The notes below the pieces were generated by a model that did not search any database, had not been told where the DNA came from, and saw only the letters and a program-made list of their open reading frames with translations. From NCBI GenBank assembly GCA_965199855.1, contig OZ241326.1, forward strand, positions 928,001 to 992,000: a stretch of 64,000 bases of DNA. The letters run 5' to 3'. This DNA is from a bacterium. GTDB taxonomy: Bacteria; UBA8248. Below, piece by piece: positions 19,606 through 28,053 of this stretch; within the stretch, counting starts at the first letter, position 1; the number at the start of each line of letters is the position of its first letter. The translations under genes and the position numbers were made by a program.

Positions 19606-21564
19606 GTGAGTGAATCCGCGAATTTGCTTGAAATGCTGAAAATCGACAAATCCTTTCCGGGCGTCCACGCGCTCAAGGAGGTCGATTTTCATCTCGCCGA
19701 AGGCGAGGTGCACATTCTTCTGGGCGAGAACGGCGCCGGAAAATCCACCCTCATCAAGATTCTGGCGGGCATCTACCACGCCGATTCGGGCGAAATCAGG
19801 ATCGGCGGAGCGCCTACGGTCATTCCCGACGCGAGAACCGGGCGCGACCTGGGCATCAGCGTCATCTACCAGGAGCTGAACCTGGTGCCCGACCTGAGCG
19901 TCGCCAAGAACGTCTTCCTGGGCCGGGAGCCCGTCATCCCCGGCGTGATGCGGCGCGTGGACTGGGCCAGGGTCGAGCGGGAATCGCGGGCGATCATGGA
20001 GCGCCTGGACGCGCGGATTGACGTCGGCGCGCCGGTCCGCTCCCTGAGCGTGGCGGATCAGCAGATGGTGGAGATCGCCCGCGCCCTCGCCTTCGACTGC
20101 AAGATCCTGGTGATGGACGAGCCCACCTCCTCCCTGAGCGGGCACGAGATCGAGGAGCTCTTCAAGGCGGTGAAGCTCCTGCGCGAGCAGGGGGTCGGCG
20201 TCATCTACATCTCGCACCGGCTCGAGGAGGTCCACGAAATCGGGGATCGGGTTACCGTCCTGCGGGACGGGGAATACATCGGCACGTGGGAGGTGCGGGA
20301 CGCCGAGCTCGACTTCCTGATCACCCGGATGGTGGGGCGCGCCCTCGACGAGAAATTCCCCTGGACGCCCCGGGAGCGCGGAGAGGTGGCGCTGCGCGTG
20401 CGCGGCCTCACCCGCGGCGGCGCGTTCGAGGACATCGACTTCGACCTCCACTACGGGGAAATCGTCGGCCTCTCGGGCCTCGTCGGCGCGGGAAGAACCG
20501 AGGTGGCGCGCGCCGTCATGGGGGCGGACCCGGTGGACGGCGGCACCGTGGAGATGACCGGCGCGACGAAGGAAAAGGAGGCGATCCAGCGTCTGCCCCA
20601 CTATCCGCTCTGGATGGCCGCCGCGGACGTGCTCGTCTTCATGCTGGCGCTTCCGCTCTTCACCGTCATTTTCCAGGGAATCTACGACCCCGTCACGCTC
20701 AACATGAACGCGCCGCCGCCCCTGTTCAGCGCGGCGTGGTTCTATGAGTGGATCATCGGCGGGCCGCTCTACAACATAGCGAACGGCCCCGTCCCCTACC
20801 TCGCCGCCGCCGGGCTGGCGCTCGCGCGGCAGGCGGGGCTCTGGTTCATGGAGCGGCGATATCGCTGGAGCGTCATGGCCGCCGACCTCGCGAGCTGGTA
20901 CGCCCTGGCGATCTGCGCGATGGTGGCGGCGAGCCTCTTCACCCAGAATTTCGTTCTCGAGTGGGTGATGATCTGGGGCGGCGCCGCCATGGTCCTCCTC
21001 CGGTTCCTGAACACCCTCACCCACGAGCGCAAGTGGACGCCGAGCCTCGCCATACGGCGCGGGCTGGGGCTTCTGCCCGAGGACAGAAAAACCCAGGGGC
21101 TCACCCAGACGCTCTCGGTCGCCTTCAACGTCACGAGCGCGAACCTCATCCGCCTCATCAAGCGGTGGCTGCTCAACCTGAGCCTGGAGAAAGACCTCGT
21201 GGACGAGCACGTCCGCCAGCTGAAGATCATGACGCCGGATCAGGACACGCGAATACGCTTCCTCTCGGGCGGCAACCAGCAGAAGGTCGTCCTCGCCAAG
21301 TGGCTCTTCCGGCGCGCCAACGTGCTCATCTTCGACGAGCCGACGCGCGGAATCGACGTGGGAGCGAAATTCGAGGTTCACTCGCAGATGCTGCGCCTCG
21401 CCGAGGGCGGCGCGGCGATCATGATGATATCGAGCGAGCTGCCCGAGATTCTCGGAATGAGCGACCGCATTCTGGTGATGCGCGAGGGGCGCCTCACCGC
21501 GGACATCAAGAGGGAAGACGCGACGCAGGAGGGAATTCTGCGCTGCGCCATGACGGCGGAGTGA
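19606..21564 (+). CDS. CUT2 sugar ABC ATPase (RbsA/MglA-like) with an internal hydrophobic insertion
   Basis: GENGAGKST, MDEPT, GLVGAGRTE, LSGGNQQKV, DEPTRGIDVG; about 155 extra aa in the second NBD. Confidence 0.93.
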   Translation: MSESANLLEMLKIDKSFPGVHALKEVDFHLAEGEVHILLGENGAGKSTLIKILAGIYHADSGEIRIGGAPTVIPDARTGRDLGISVIYQELNLVPDLSVAKNVFLGREPVIPGVMRRVDWARVERESRAIMERLDARIDVGAPVRSLSVADQQMVEIARALAFDCKILVMDEPTSSLSGHEIEELFKAVKLLREQGVGVIYISHRLEEVHEIGDRVTVLRDGEYIGTWEVRDAELDFLITRMVGRALDEKFPWTPRERGEVALRVRGLTRGGAFEDIDFDLHYGEIVGLSGLVGAGRTEVARAVMGADPVDGGTVEMTGATKEKEAIQRLPHYPLWMAAADVLVFMLALPLFTVIFQGIYDPVTLNMNAPPPLFSAAWFYEWIIGGPLYNIANGPVPYLAAAGLALARQAGLWFMERRYRWSVMAADLASWYALAICAMVAASLFTQNFVLEWVMIWGGAAMVLLRFLNTLTHERKWTPSLAIRRGLGLLPEDRKTQGLTQTLSVAFNVTSANLIRLIKRWLLNLSLEKDLVDEHVRQLKIMTPDQDTRIRFLSGGNQQKVVLAKWLFRRANVLIFDEPTRGIDVGAKFEVHSQMLRLAEGGAAIMMISSELPEILGMSDRILVMREGRLTADIKREDATQEGILRCAMTAE

Positions 21565-21619
21565 GCCGCGTTCGGCCCGAACCCCTCATCCGGGCCAAGA
21601 GCAATCGGAGGCGGATTCA

Positions 21620-22633
21620 GTGAGCACCGCGGCCCCGGCGGGGAGTGAGAAGCTCATTCTGGGATATCCGGCCAAGGACGTCCCCTGGGAGCGCGTCCTC
21701 CTCATTTCCGCGTTCCTCGTCCTGATGGGCTTCTACGCCTTCGCGACCGAGAATTTTCTCACCCTCGAGAACTTCGTGAACGTCGTGCGCCGCGACGCCT
21801 GGCTCTTCTTCCTCGCCTACGCGCAGACGCTGGTCATCGTCTCGGGCGGCTTCGACCTCTCCCAGGGCTCCATCATGAGCGTGGTGAGCGTGATGGCCTG
21901 GAGCGCGATGCTGCACTTCGGGTTCTTCATCGGCCTCATCGCGGGCCTGGGCATCGGCCTGCTGTGCGGCGCCGTCAACGGCTTCTTCGTCGGCGTCGTC
22001 CGGGTGTATCCGTTCATCGCCACGCTGGGGATGCTCTTCGTCGGCAGCGGCGCGGCGCAGCTCTGGACGGGCGGCCTGCAGATGGGCGGCGCGCGTGAGG
22101 GGGCGACGCTGCCGAAGCACGTGGAGGAGGCCTACGTCTTTCTGGCGAAGGGCAGCCTGGGGCCCATCCCCTTCACGTTCATCTGGATACTCATCGCCCT
22201 GGGCGCCATGTGGTATCTGCTCAAATACACCCGCTTCGGCACCTACGTCTACGCTCTGGGCGGAAGCGAGCAGACGGCCATCTCCGCGGGCGTCAGCTTC
22301 CCCGCCATGAAGCTCGCCATCTTCGGCGTCGGCGGCCTGCTGTGCGGCTTCGCGGGCCTTCTTCTCTCGGCGAACGTCAGCGCGGCGGGCGAGCCGAGGC
22401 TGGGCGGCGGCGACCAGCTCCTCCAGTCCATCGGGGCGACCATCATCGGCGGCACGCACATCTTCGGCGGGCGGGGCGGCGTGCTGGGCACCACCCTGGG
22501 CGTATTCCTCATCATATTCCTGGTGAACGGACTGAACATCATGGGAATCGACACATACCGGCAGCAGATCGTCGTCGGTCTGGTCATCCTCTCATCCATC
22601 TGGGTCAGCACCCTGCGCGAGCAGAAGAACTAG
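21620..22633 (+). CDS. Sugar ABC permease (RbsC-like)
   Basis: GGFDLSQG, PFIATLG, YALGGSE, IIGGT. Confidence 0.92.
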   Translation: MSTAAPAGSEKLILGYPAKDVPWERVLLISAFLVLMGFYAFATENFLTLENFVNVVRRDAWLFFLAYAQTLVIVSGGFDLSQGSIMSVVSVMAWSAMLHFGFFIGLIAGLGIGLLCGAVNGFFVGVVRVYPFIATLGMLFVGSGAAQLWTGGLQMGGAREGATLPKHVEEAYVFLAKGSLGPIPFTFIWILIALGAMWYLLKYTRFGTYVYALGGSEQTAISAGVSFPAMKLAIFGVGGLLCGFAGLLLSANVSAAGEPRLGGGDQLLQSIGATIIGGTHIFGGRGGVLGTTLGVFLIIFLVNGLNIMGIDTYRQQIVVGLVILSSIWVSTLREQKN

Positions 22634-22648
22634 GGGAGATTCCGCGTC

Positions 22649-23644
22649 ATGGCGAATACAGCGGAGGCGCCGGCCAGACCCGCCGCCTCCTTCCTGTCCG
22701 CGTTCAACTACGAGAAATACGGCCTGCTGGCGGTGTTCATCCTGATGATGCTCGTCTTCTCCCTCCTCCAGCTGATGGGCTACGTGAACAACTTCATCGA
22801 GGCCCACAACCTGACGAACCAGCTCCGCAACGCCTCGCTGCTCTTCTTCATCGTCGCCGGCCAGAGCATGGTGCTCCTCGTGTCGGGCATCGACCTGAGC
22901 CAGGGCTCCCTGCTCAGCCTCTCCAGCGTGGTGATGGCCCAGGGCATCCTGGACTTCGGCCTCGCCGTGGGCGTGCTGATGGGCGTCGGCATGGCGGCGA
23001 TGTTCGGCTTCATCAACGGCTACCTCGTGGGCCGCGTGAGGATACAGCCCTTCATCGTCACCCTGAGCATGCTCTTCATCTGCGCGGGCATCGCCCTGGT
23101 GTTCACGGGGGGGCGCACTATCCACCAGTTCACGAGCGAGCAGAAGGACATCCTCCAGGCCATCGGGCTCACGGACTTCTTCCACGTCCCCGGCACGCTG
23201 TTCATCGCCGTCGTCTTCTTCGTCGGCCTCCACCTGCTGACGAAGCGCACGGCGCTGGGCCGCGCCATCTACCTCACCGGCGGCAACGAGGAGGCCGCGC
23301 GGCTCTCGGGCATCGACACCGGCAAGGTGAAGCTCATCTGCTACCTGATCAGCGGCGTCTGCGTGGGCATCACCTCGTTCCTCTATCTGGCGCGGCTGCC
23401 CGCCACGAACGGCCTGGCGGGCTTCCAGCTCGAGTTCCAGTCGCTGGCGGCCACCGTCGTGGGCGGCACGACCTTCCACGGCGGCGAGGGCGGGGTGGCG
23501 CAGGCGGCGATCGGGACGCTGTTCCTCACGTTCCTGCTCAACGGCCTGATTCTCCTGGGGGTGGGCACCTTCGCCCGGGAGGTGGTGGTGGGCGTTCTGC
23601 TCATCGCGGCCGTCGTGCTGGGCTCCCGCAGGCGGCGGGAGTAG
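22649..23644 (+). CDS. Sugar ABC permease (RbsC-like)
   Basis: GIDLSQG, PFIVTL, GGNEEAARLSGI, VVGGT. Confidence 0.92.
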   Translation: MANTAEAPARPAASFLSAFNYEKYGLLAVFILMMLVFSLLQLMGYVNNFIEAHNLTNQLRNASLLFFIVAGQSMVLLVSGIDLSQGSLLSLSSVVMAQGILDFGLAVGVLMGVGMAAMFGFINGYLVGRVRIQPFIVTLSMLFICAGIALVFTGGRTIHQFTSEQKDILQAIGLTDFFHVPGTLFIAVVFFVGLHLLTKRTALGRAIYLTGGNEEAARLSGIDTGKVKLICYLISGVCVGITSFLYLARLPATNGLAGFQLEFQSLAATVVGGTTFHGGEGGVAQAAIGTLFLTFLLNGLILLGVGTFAREVVVGVLLIAAVVLGSRRRRE

Positions 23645-23734
23645 GCGGCGCGGCATAGCGAGGCGGTCATTTCCCCTTTCGCGGAGGAGAGCTGCTCCGT
23701 CCGTGAAAACCATTCTGCGAGAAGGAGACCCAAG

Positions 23735-24793
23735 ATGAGGAAACTGCTCCGCTCTTTCGTGATTCTCGCCTCCGCCGCGGCGTTCGCGCTCGCGTCGGCG
23801 GCGGCCGTCCCCGACGCCGGGGCGCGGCTCAAGGCGAAGAAGAAATACAAGATCGCCGTCGTCGTGCCGAACGGCGTCGATCCCTACTTCTTCTCGAAGT
23901 GGTACGGCAGCGTCCTGGCGGCCAAGGAGGCCGGCGTGACCGTGACCATGTTCGACGCGGGCGGCTACGAGTTCCTGCCCAAGCAGGTGGCGCACGTGGA
24001 GGACATCATCGCCGCGAAGTATGACGGGATGATCATCTGCCCCATCAGCACCAAGGGCATGGTGGACGCCGTGCACAAGGCGATGGACAACGGCATCAAG
24101 GTCGTCGTGGACAACATCGACCTGGACAGCCCGCGCGTCAGGAACCGCGTCATGAAGAACAGCTACGAGCTGGGCCTTCTCATCGGCGCCACGCTGGCGC
24201 ACGGCATCAACTACGAGGGCAAGGTGATGATGCTGCCCGGCCCCAGCGGCATCGAGATGGTGACCTCCATGGCGAAGGGCTTCGAGGAATACATGAGCCA
24301 CTACCCGAAAATCAGGATCGTGGCCAAGGAGTTCACCAAGTCGAACGTGCAGGCCGCCTACCAGACGGCGGAGGACCTGCTCAAGAAGCACCCGGACGTG
24401 AAGGGCATCTACCCCTGGGCCACGCTCATCGCGCGCGGCACGGTGGACGCCGTGAAGGCGGCGGGCTACAAGCCCGGCCAGATCAAGATCGTGACGCACA
24501 ACCTCGTCGTCGGCATCGAGAAGGACATCCGCGACGGCTGGGTGCACGCGGCCGTGCTGGCCGAGCAGATCGCCATGGCGAAGGAGGCCGTCTACAACGT
24601 GATCGACCTGATCGAGGGGCGCCAGCCGCCCGGCGCCCCCCACCGCGGCGGGACGCTCAGCTACATCCAGAACTTCATGGCCTATCAGCACAACCTCGAC
24701 ATCCTGGATCGCAGCGGCATCGAGGCGCCCAAGGAGTGGATGATCAAGCGCCAGAAGCGCGCGGCGAACATCGTGGGCGGCAAGCGCCGCTAG
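23735..24793 (+). CDS. Sugar ABC substrate-binding protein
   Basis: Signal peptide and periplasmic binding protein type I pattern. Confidence 0.88.
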   Translation: MRKLLRSFVILASAAAFALASAAAVPDAGARLKAKKKYKIAVVVPNGVDPYFFSKWYGSVLAAKEAGVTVTMFDAGGYEFLPKQVAHVEDIIAAKYDGMIICPISTKGMVDAVHKAMDNGIKVVVDNIDLDSPRVRNRVMKNSYELGLLIGATLAHGINYEGKVMMLPGPSGIEMVTSMAKGFEEYMSHYPKIRIVAKEFTKSNVQAAYQTAEDLLKKHPDVKGIYPWATLIARGTVDAVKAAGYKPGQIKIVTHNLVVGIEKDIRDGWVHAAVLAEQIAMAKEAVYNVIDLIEGRQPPGAPHRGGTLSYIQNFMAYQHNLDILDRSGIEAPKEWMIKRQKRAANIVGGKRR

Positions 24794-24817
24794 GCTCCGC
24801 CCTTTCCGCAAGACCGG

Positions 24818-24855
24818 AAAACCCCGCCGGGGGGCCGCCCCCGGCGGGGTTTTTT
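24818..24855. terminator. Bidirectional intrinsic terminator
   Basis: AAAACCCCGCCGGGG...CCCCGGCGGGGTTTTTT between convergent genes. Confidence 0.85.
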
Positions 24856-24877
24856 CCTGAAATCGCGCGGGCTTCGC

Positions 24878-25957
24878 CTACGGGCCCCACGCGTGGACGC
24901 TGAGTCCCATGTATCCGGTCGCTCCGCCGGGCTTGGGATCGGATATGCGCTTCGTCTGAACCGCCCCGCTCCCGTCCACCGCCCGCGCCGCCGCCGGATA
25001 GAAGCCGCTTTCCCCGAAGCGCATGGGAAACGCCCAGACGCTCCAGGCGAGGGGCCCGAGCGGCTCCTTGAGCAGGGCGGACGACCAGGGGCGCAGAAGC
25101 CTCCCCTGGCCGTAGGTCACCTCCACCCTGCGGATTCCGCGCTCCCCGGCGAAGGCCGAGCCCACGAGCCAGACTTCGGGGGCGCGAACCTCTACGCGCC
25201 TTCTGGGCGCCTCGAAGCGGCTCAGCGTCTCGACGATCGCCTCGTTCGACCAGCCGCGCTTCTGCCAGTAGCCGCCGTGTCCTTCGGCGGCGACTTCGAT
25301 GGATTCGATCCACTTCACGTTTTTGAGGCCATAGACCCCCGGAACCAGGAGCCGGAGCGGCGCGCCGTGCTCCCGCGGCAGATATTCTCCGTTCATTTTC
25401 GCGCAAAGGAGCGTTCTCGAATCGAGCGCCTGCTCGAAGGATATCGAATCGTGGTAGCCGTCCGCCGCGCGAAAGACGACCCGGGCGGAGACCGAGCGGC
25501 GAAGGCTCTCCGCCGCCCCCGCGCGCTCGATGAGCCCGCGAAGCGGCGTCCCCCGCCAGAGGACGTTTCCTATCTGCCCGCCGCCCACGGGGTTTCCGAT
25601 GCAGGTCATCGCCGCCCAGGCCTCCGCCCGCGGCAGCGCGTCCAGGTCGGAGAAGGAGAGCGAAAGGGGGGCGCGAACCTCGCCCCCCACCCTCAGCCGC
25701 CATTTCCGGGGGGACGCCGCCGGCGGCGCGCCGCCGATGCTCTGCTCGTAGAAGTCCTCGTTCGCCGTAACCTCGGGCAGGACGCGCGCGGCGAACTCCA
25801 GGATTCCCTCGCCGGGCCGCGGCGTCGCCACGGGGCGGCTGTTCAGCCAGTCGAACAGGCGGCCCGCCATCGAGGCCCGCGCGCCGCGCGCCGCGCCGAT
25901 GAGCGCCAGAGGCGCGAGCCCCGCCGCCCGCAATGCCCGGCGTCTCGAAACGCTCAC
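24878..25957 (-). CDS. Sulfite-oxidase-family molybdopterin oxidoreductase
   Basis: Mo-ligand Cys in TCIGN, HGAPLRLLVPGVYGLKNVKW, GYWQKRGW; Tat-like SRRRALR; start inferred at GTG. Confidence 0.87.
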   Translation of the reverse strand: MSVSRRRALRAAGLAPLALIGAARGARASMAGRLFDWLNSRPVATPRPGEGILEFAARVLPEVTANEDFYEQSIGGAPPAASPRKWRLRVGGEVRAPLSLSFSDLDALPRAEAWAAMTCIGNPVGGGQIGNVLWRGTPLRGLIERAGAAESLRRSVSARVVFRAADGYHDSISFEQALDSRTLLCAKMNGEYLPREHGAPLRLLVPGVYGLKNVKWIESIEVAAEGHGGYWQKRGWSNEAIVETLSRFEAPRRRVEVRAPEVWLVGSAFAGERGIRRVEVTYGQGRLLRPWSSALLKEPLGPLAWSVWAFPMRFGESGFYPAAARAVDGSGAVQTKRISDPKPGGATGYMGLSVHAWGP

Positions 25958-26093
25958 GGCTCTCCCTCCGCATGATGGGCGAACGCCCCGCATTCTACGC
26001 GACGGCGGCGACATGTCGAACCCCCGCCATTCCCGGCGTCAACCCCGACAGGGCGGAGGGATTGCGGAATCCGGGGCGCGCCGTTCCAAAACG

Positions 26094-26186
26094 GACGGTT
26101 CCCGAATTGCGGGGCGGGCCCGAGGAGGGGCCGCCCCTACGAAACCGTACCCTCGCCGCCCCCGCCACAGGTGGCCGCCCCTGCGA
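26094..26186. repeat. REP cluster
   Basis: CGGTTCCCGAATTGCGGGGCGGGCCCGAGGAGGGGCCGCCCCTAC, repeated near 26872 and 33079. Confidence 0.75.
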
Positions 26187-26284
26187 AGGCGAAACCGCAT
26201 GGGTCATCCTCTTTTTCGCTTTCGCGTCCGGCGCGGGGCGTGGTATGCTTCTCGCGCGTGAAAGCTTCGGAGAGGAGGCGGGCG

Positions 26285-26860
26285 ATGATCGGCTTCGACA
26301 CGCTCCGGGCGATGGAGTCGCTCCGGGATTCGGGCTTCGAGGAGTCCCAGGCGCGGGCGGTCGTGGATACCTTCAAGGACGCCGTCGCCGGCAGCGTCGC
26401 CACGAAAGCCGACCTCCAGGAGGTCAAAACCGAGCTCCAGGCCGAAATTCAGGAGGTGAGGACGGGCCTCCAGGCCGAGATGCAGGAGGTGAGGACGGGG
26501 CTCCAAGCCGAGATACAGGAAGTGAGGACGGGCCTCCAGGCCGAGATACAGGAGGTGAAGACGGGCCTCCAGGCCGAGATTCAGGAGGTGAGGGCCGAGA
26601 TACAGGAGGTGAAGACGGGTCTCCAGGCCGAGATACAGGAAGTGAGGGCCGAGATTCAGGAGGTGAAGACGGGTCTGGAAGCGTCCATCTCGAGTCTTCG
26701 GAGCGATGTGGAGGCGTCCATCGCGGGGCTTCGGGGCGAGGTGGAGACCTCCATCGCGCGGCTCGAGGCGCGGACGCAAAGGTTCATGTTCGGCATGGCG
26801 CTGGGGATCGTGGGGCTGAACGTCACCCTCACCTTCGGCCTCCTCAAGTTCTTCTTCTAG
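26285..26860 (+). CDS. DUF1640/CCDC90-like membrane-anchored coiled-coil protein, copy 1 (191 aa)
   Basis: FDTL..L..SGF.E.QA head, ATKADL neck, AEIQEVRTGLQ repeats, C-terminal TM helix. Confidence 0.85.
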   Translation: MIGFDTLRAMESLRDSGFEESQARAVVDTFKDAVAGSVATKADLQEVKTELQAEIQEVRTGLQAEMQEVRTGLQAEIQEVRTGLQAEIQEVKTGLQAEIQEVRAEIQEVKTGLQAEIQEVRAEIQEVKTGLEASISSLRSDVEASIAGLRGEVETSIARLEARTQRFMFGMALGIVGLNVTLTFGLLKFFF

Positions 26861-26871
26861 CCGCCCCCGTC

Positions 26872-27064
26872 GGGCGGTTCCCAAATTGCGGGGCGGGCCC
26901 GAGGAGGGGCCGCCCCTACGAAACCGTCGCCGCCCTCGCCGTAGGGGTCGTTCGGGAACGACCCGCAATCAACGCCGCCAAAAGGCGCGGGACGCATATA
27001 TGCGTCCCCTACGGGTGAATCACGCCCTCCGCCCCCGTAGGGACAACCCCCGTGGTTGTCCTTC
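26872..27064. repeat. REP cluster (four palindromes)
   Basis: GTAG-led palindromes near 26890, 26941, 26989 and 27037. Confidence 0.8.
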
Positions 27065-27169
27065 ACCGGGTTATCATTCCGCCGGGGGCATCCTCTTTTT
27101 CGCTTTCGCGTCCGGCGCGGGGCGTGGTATGCTTTCCTCGCGTGAAAGCTTTCGGAGAGGAGGCGGGCG

Positions 27170-27733
27170 ATGATCGGCTTCGACACGCTCCGGGCGATGG
27201 AGTCGCTCCGGGATTCGGGCTTCGAGGAGTCCCAGGCGCGCGCGGTCGTGGATACCTTCAAGGACGCCGTCGCCGGCAGCGTCGCCACGAAAGCCGACCT
27301 CCAGGAGGTCAAGGGCGAGCTCCAGGCCGAGATACAGGAAGTGAGGACGGGCCTCCAGGCCGAGATACAGGAGGTGAGGACGGGGCTCCAGGCCGAGATG
27401 CGGGAGGTGAGGGCCGAGATACAGGGAGTCAAAACCGAGCTCCGGGCCGAGATTCAGGAGGTGAGGGCCGAGATACAGGGAGTCAAAACCGAGCTCCGGG
27501 CCGAGATTCAGGAGGTGAGGGCCGAGATGCAGGAGGTGAGGACGGGTCTGGAGGCGTCCATCTCGAGTCTTCGGAGCGAGGTGGAAGCGTCCATAGCGAA
27601 TCTTCGGGGCGAGGTGGAGACCTCCATCGCGCGGCTCGAGGCGCGGACGCAAAGGTTCATGTTCGGCATGGCGCTGGGGATCGTGGGGCTGAACGTCACC
27701 CTCACCTTCGGCCTCCTCAAGTTCTTCTTCTAG
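27170..27733 (+). CDS. DUF1640/CCDC90-like coiled-coil protein, copy 2 (187 aa)
   Basis: Head and TM tail near-identical to copy 1; different repeat arrangement in the stalk. Confidence 0.85.
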   Translation: MIGFDTLRAMESLRDSGFEESQARAVVDTFKDAVAGSVATKADLQEVKGELQAEIQEVRTGLQAEIQEVRTGLQAEMREVRAEIQGVKTELRAEIQEVRAEIQGVKTELRAEIQEVRAEMQEVRTGLEASISSLRSEVEASIANLRGEVETSIARLEARTQRFMFGMALGIVGLNVTLTFGLLKFFF

Positions 27734-28053
27734 CTTCCCCAATATGGGCGGTTCACGAACCGCCCCTACGAAGATGAAACCCCAATACGGGCGGGACGCA
27801 TGAATGGAAACGCTCTCGCGTTTCACCTACGAAGGCGAAACCCCGTCGGGCGGCTGCGGGGCCGGCCCCCGCGCGGAAACATGAATCCCTCTCCCGCGGC
27901 GGTTGACCGCGGCGGCGGGTTTTGGTATGCAAGGGGCGCGCGTTTCGGGCTTTCGGTTCCCCCTCCCCATCGGGGGGGGGGGGACTTCTCGCGTTACGCG
28001 GATATTTGAAGCGGAAACGACCGCTCCGACTTTCCTGACAAGGAGAAAAACTG

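Noticed and set aside
26285-27733. CRISPR array or DGR template/variable pair
   Set aside because: The repeats are in-frame coding units without spacers, differences are not adenine-specific, and no reverse transcriptase is present.
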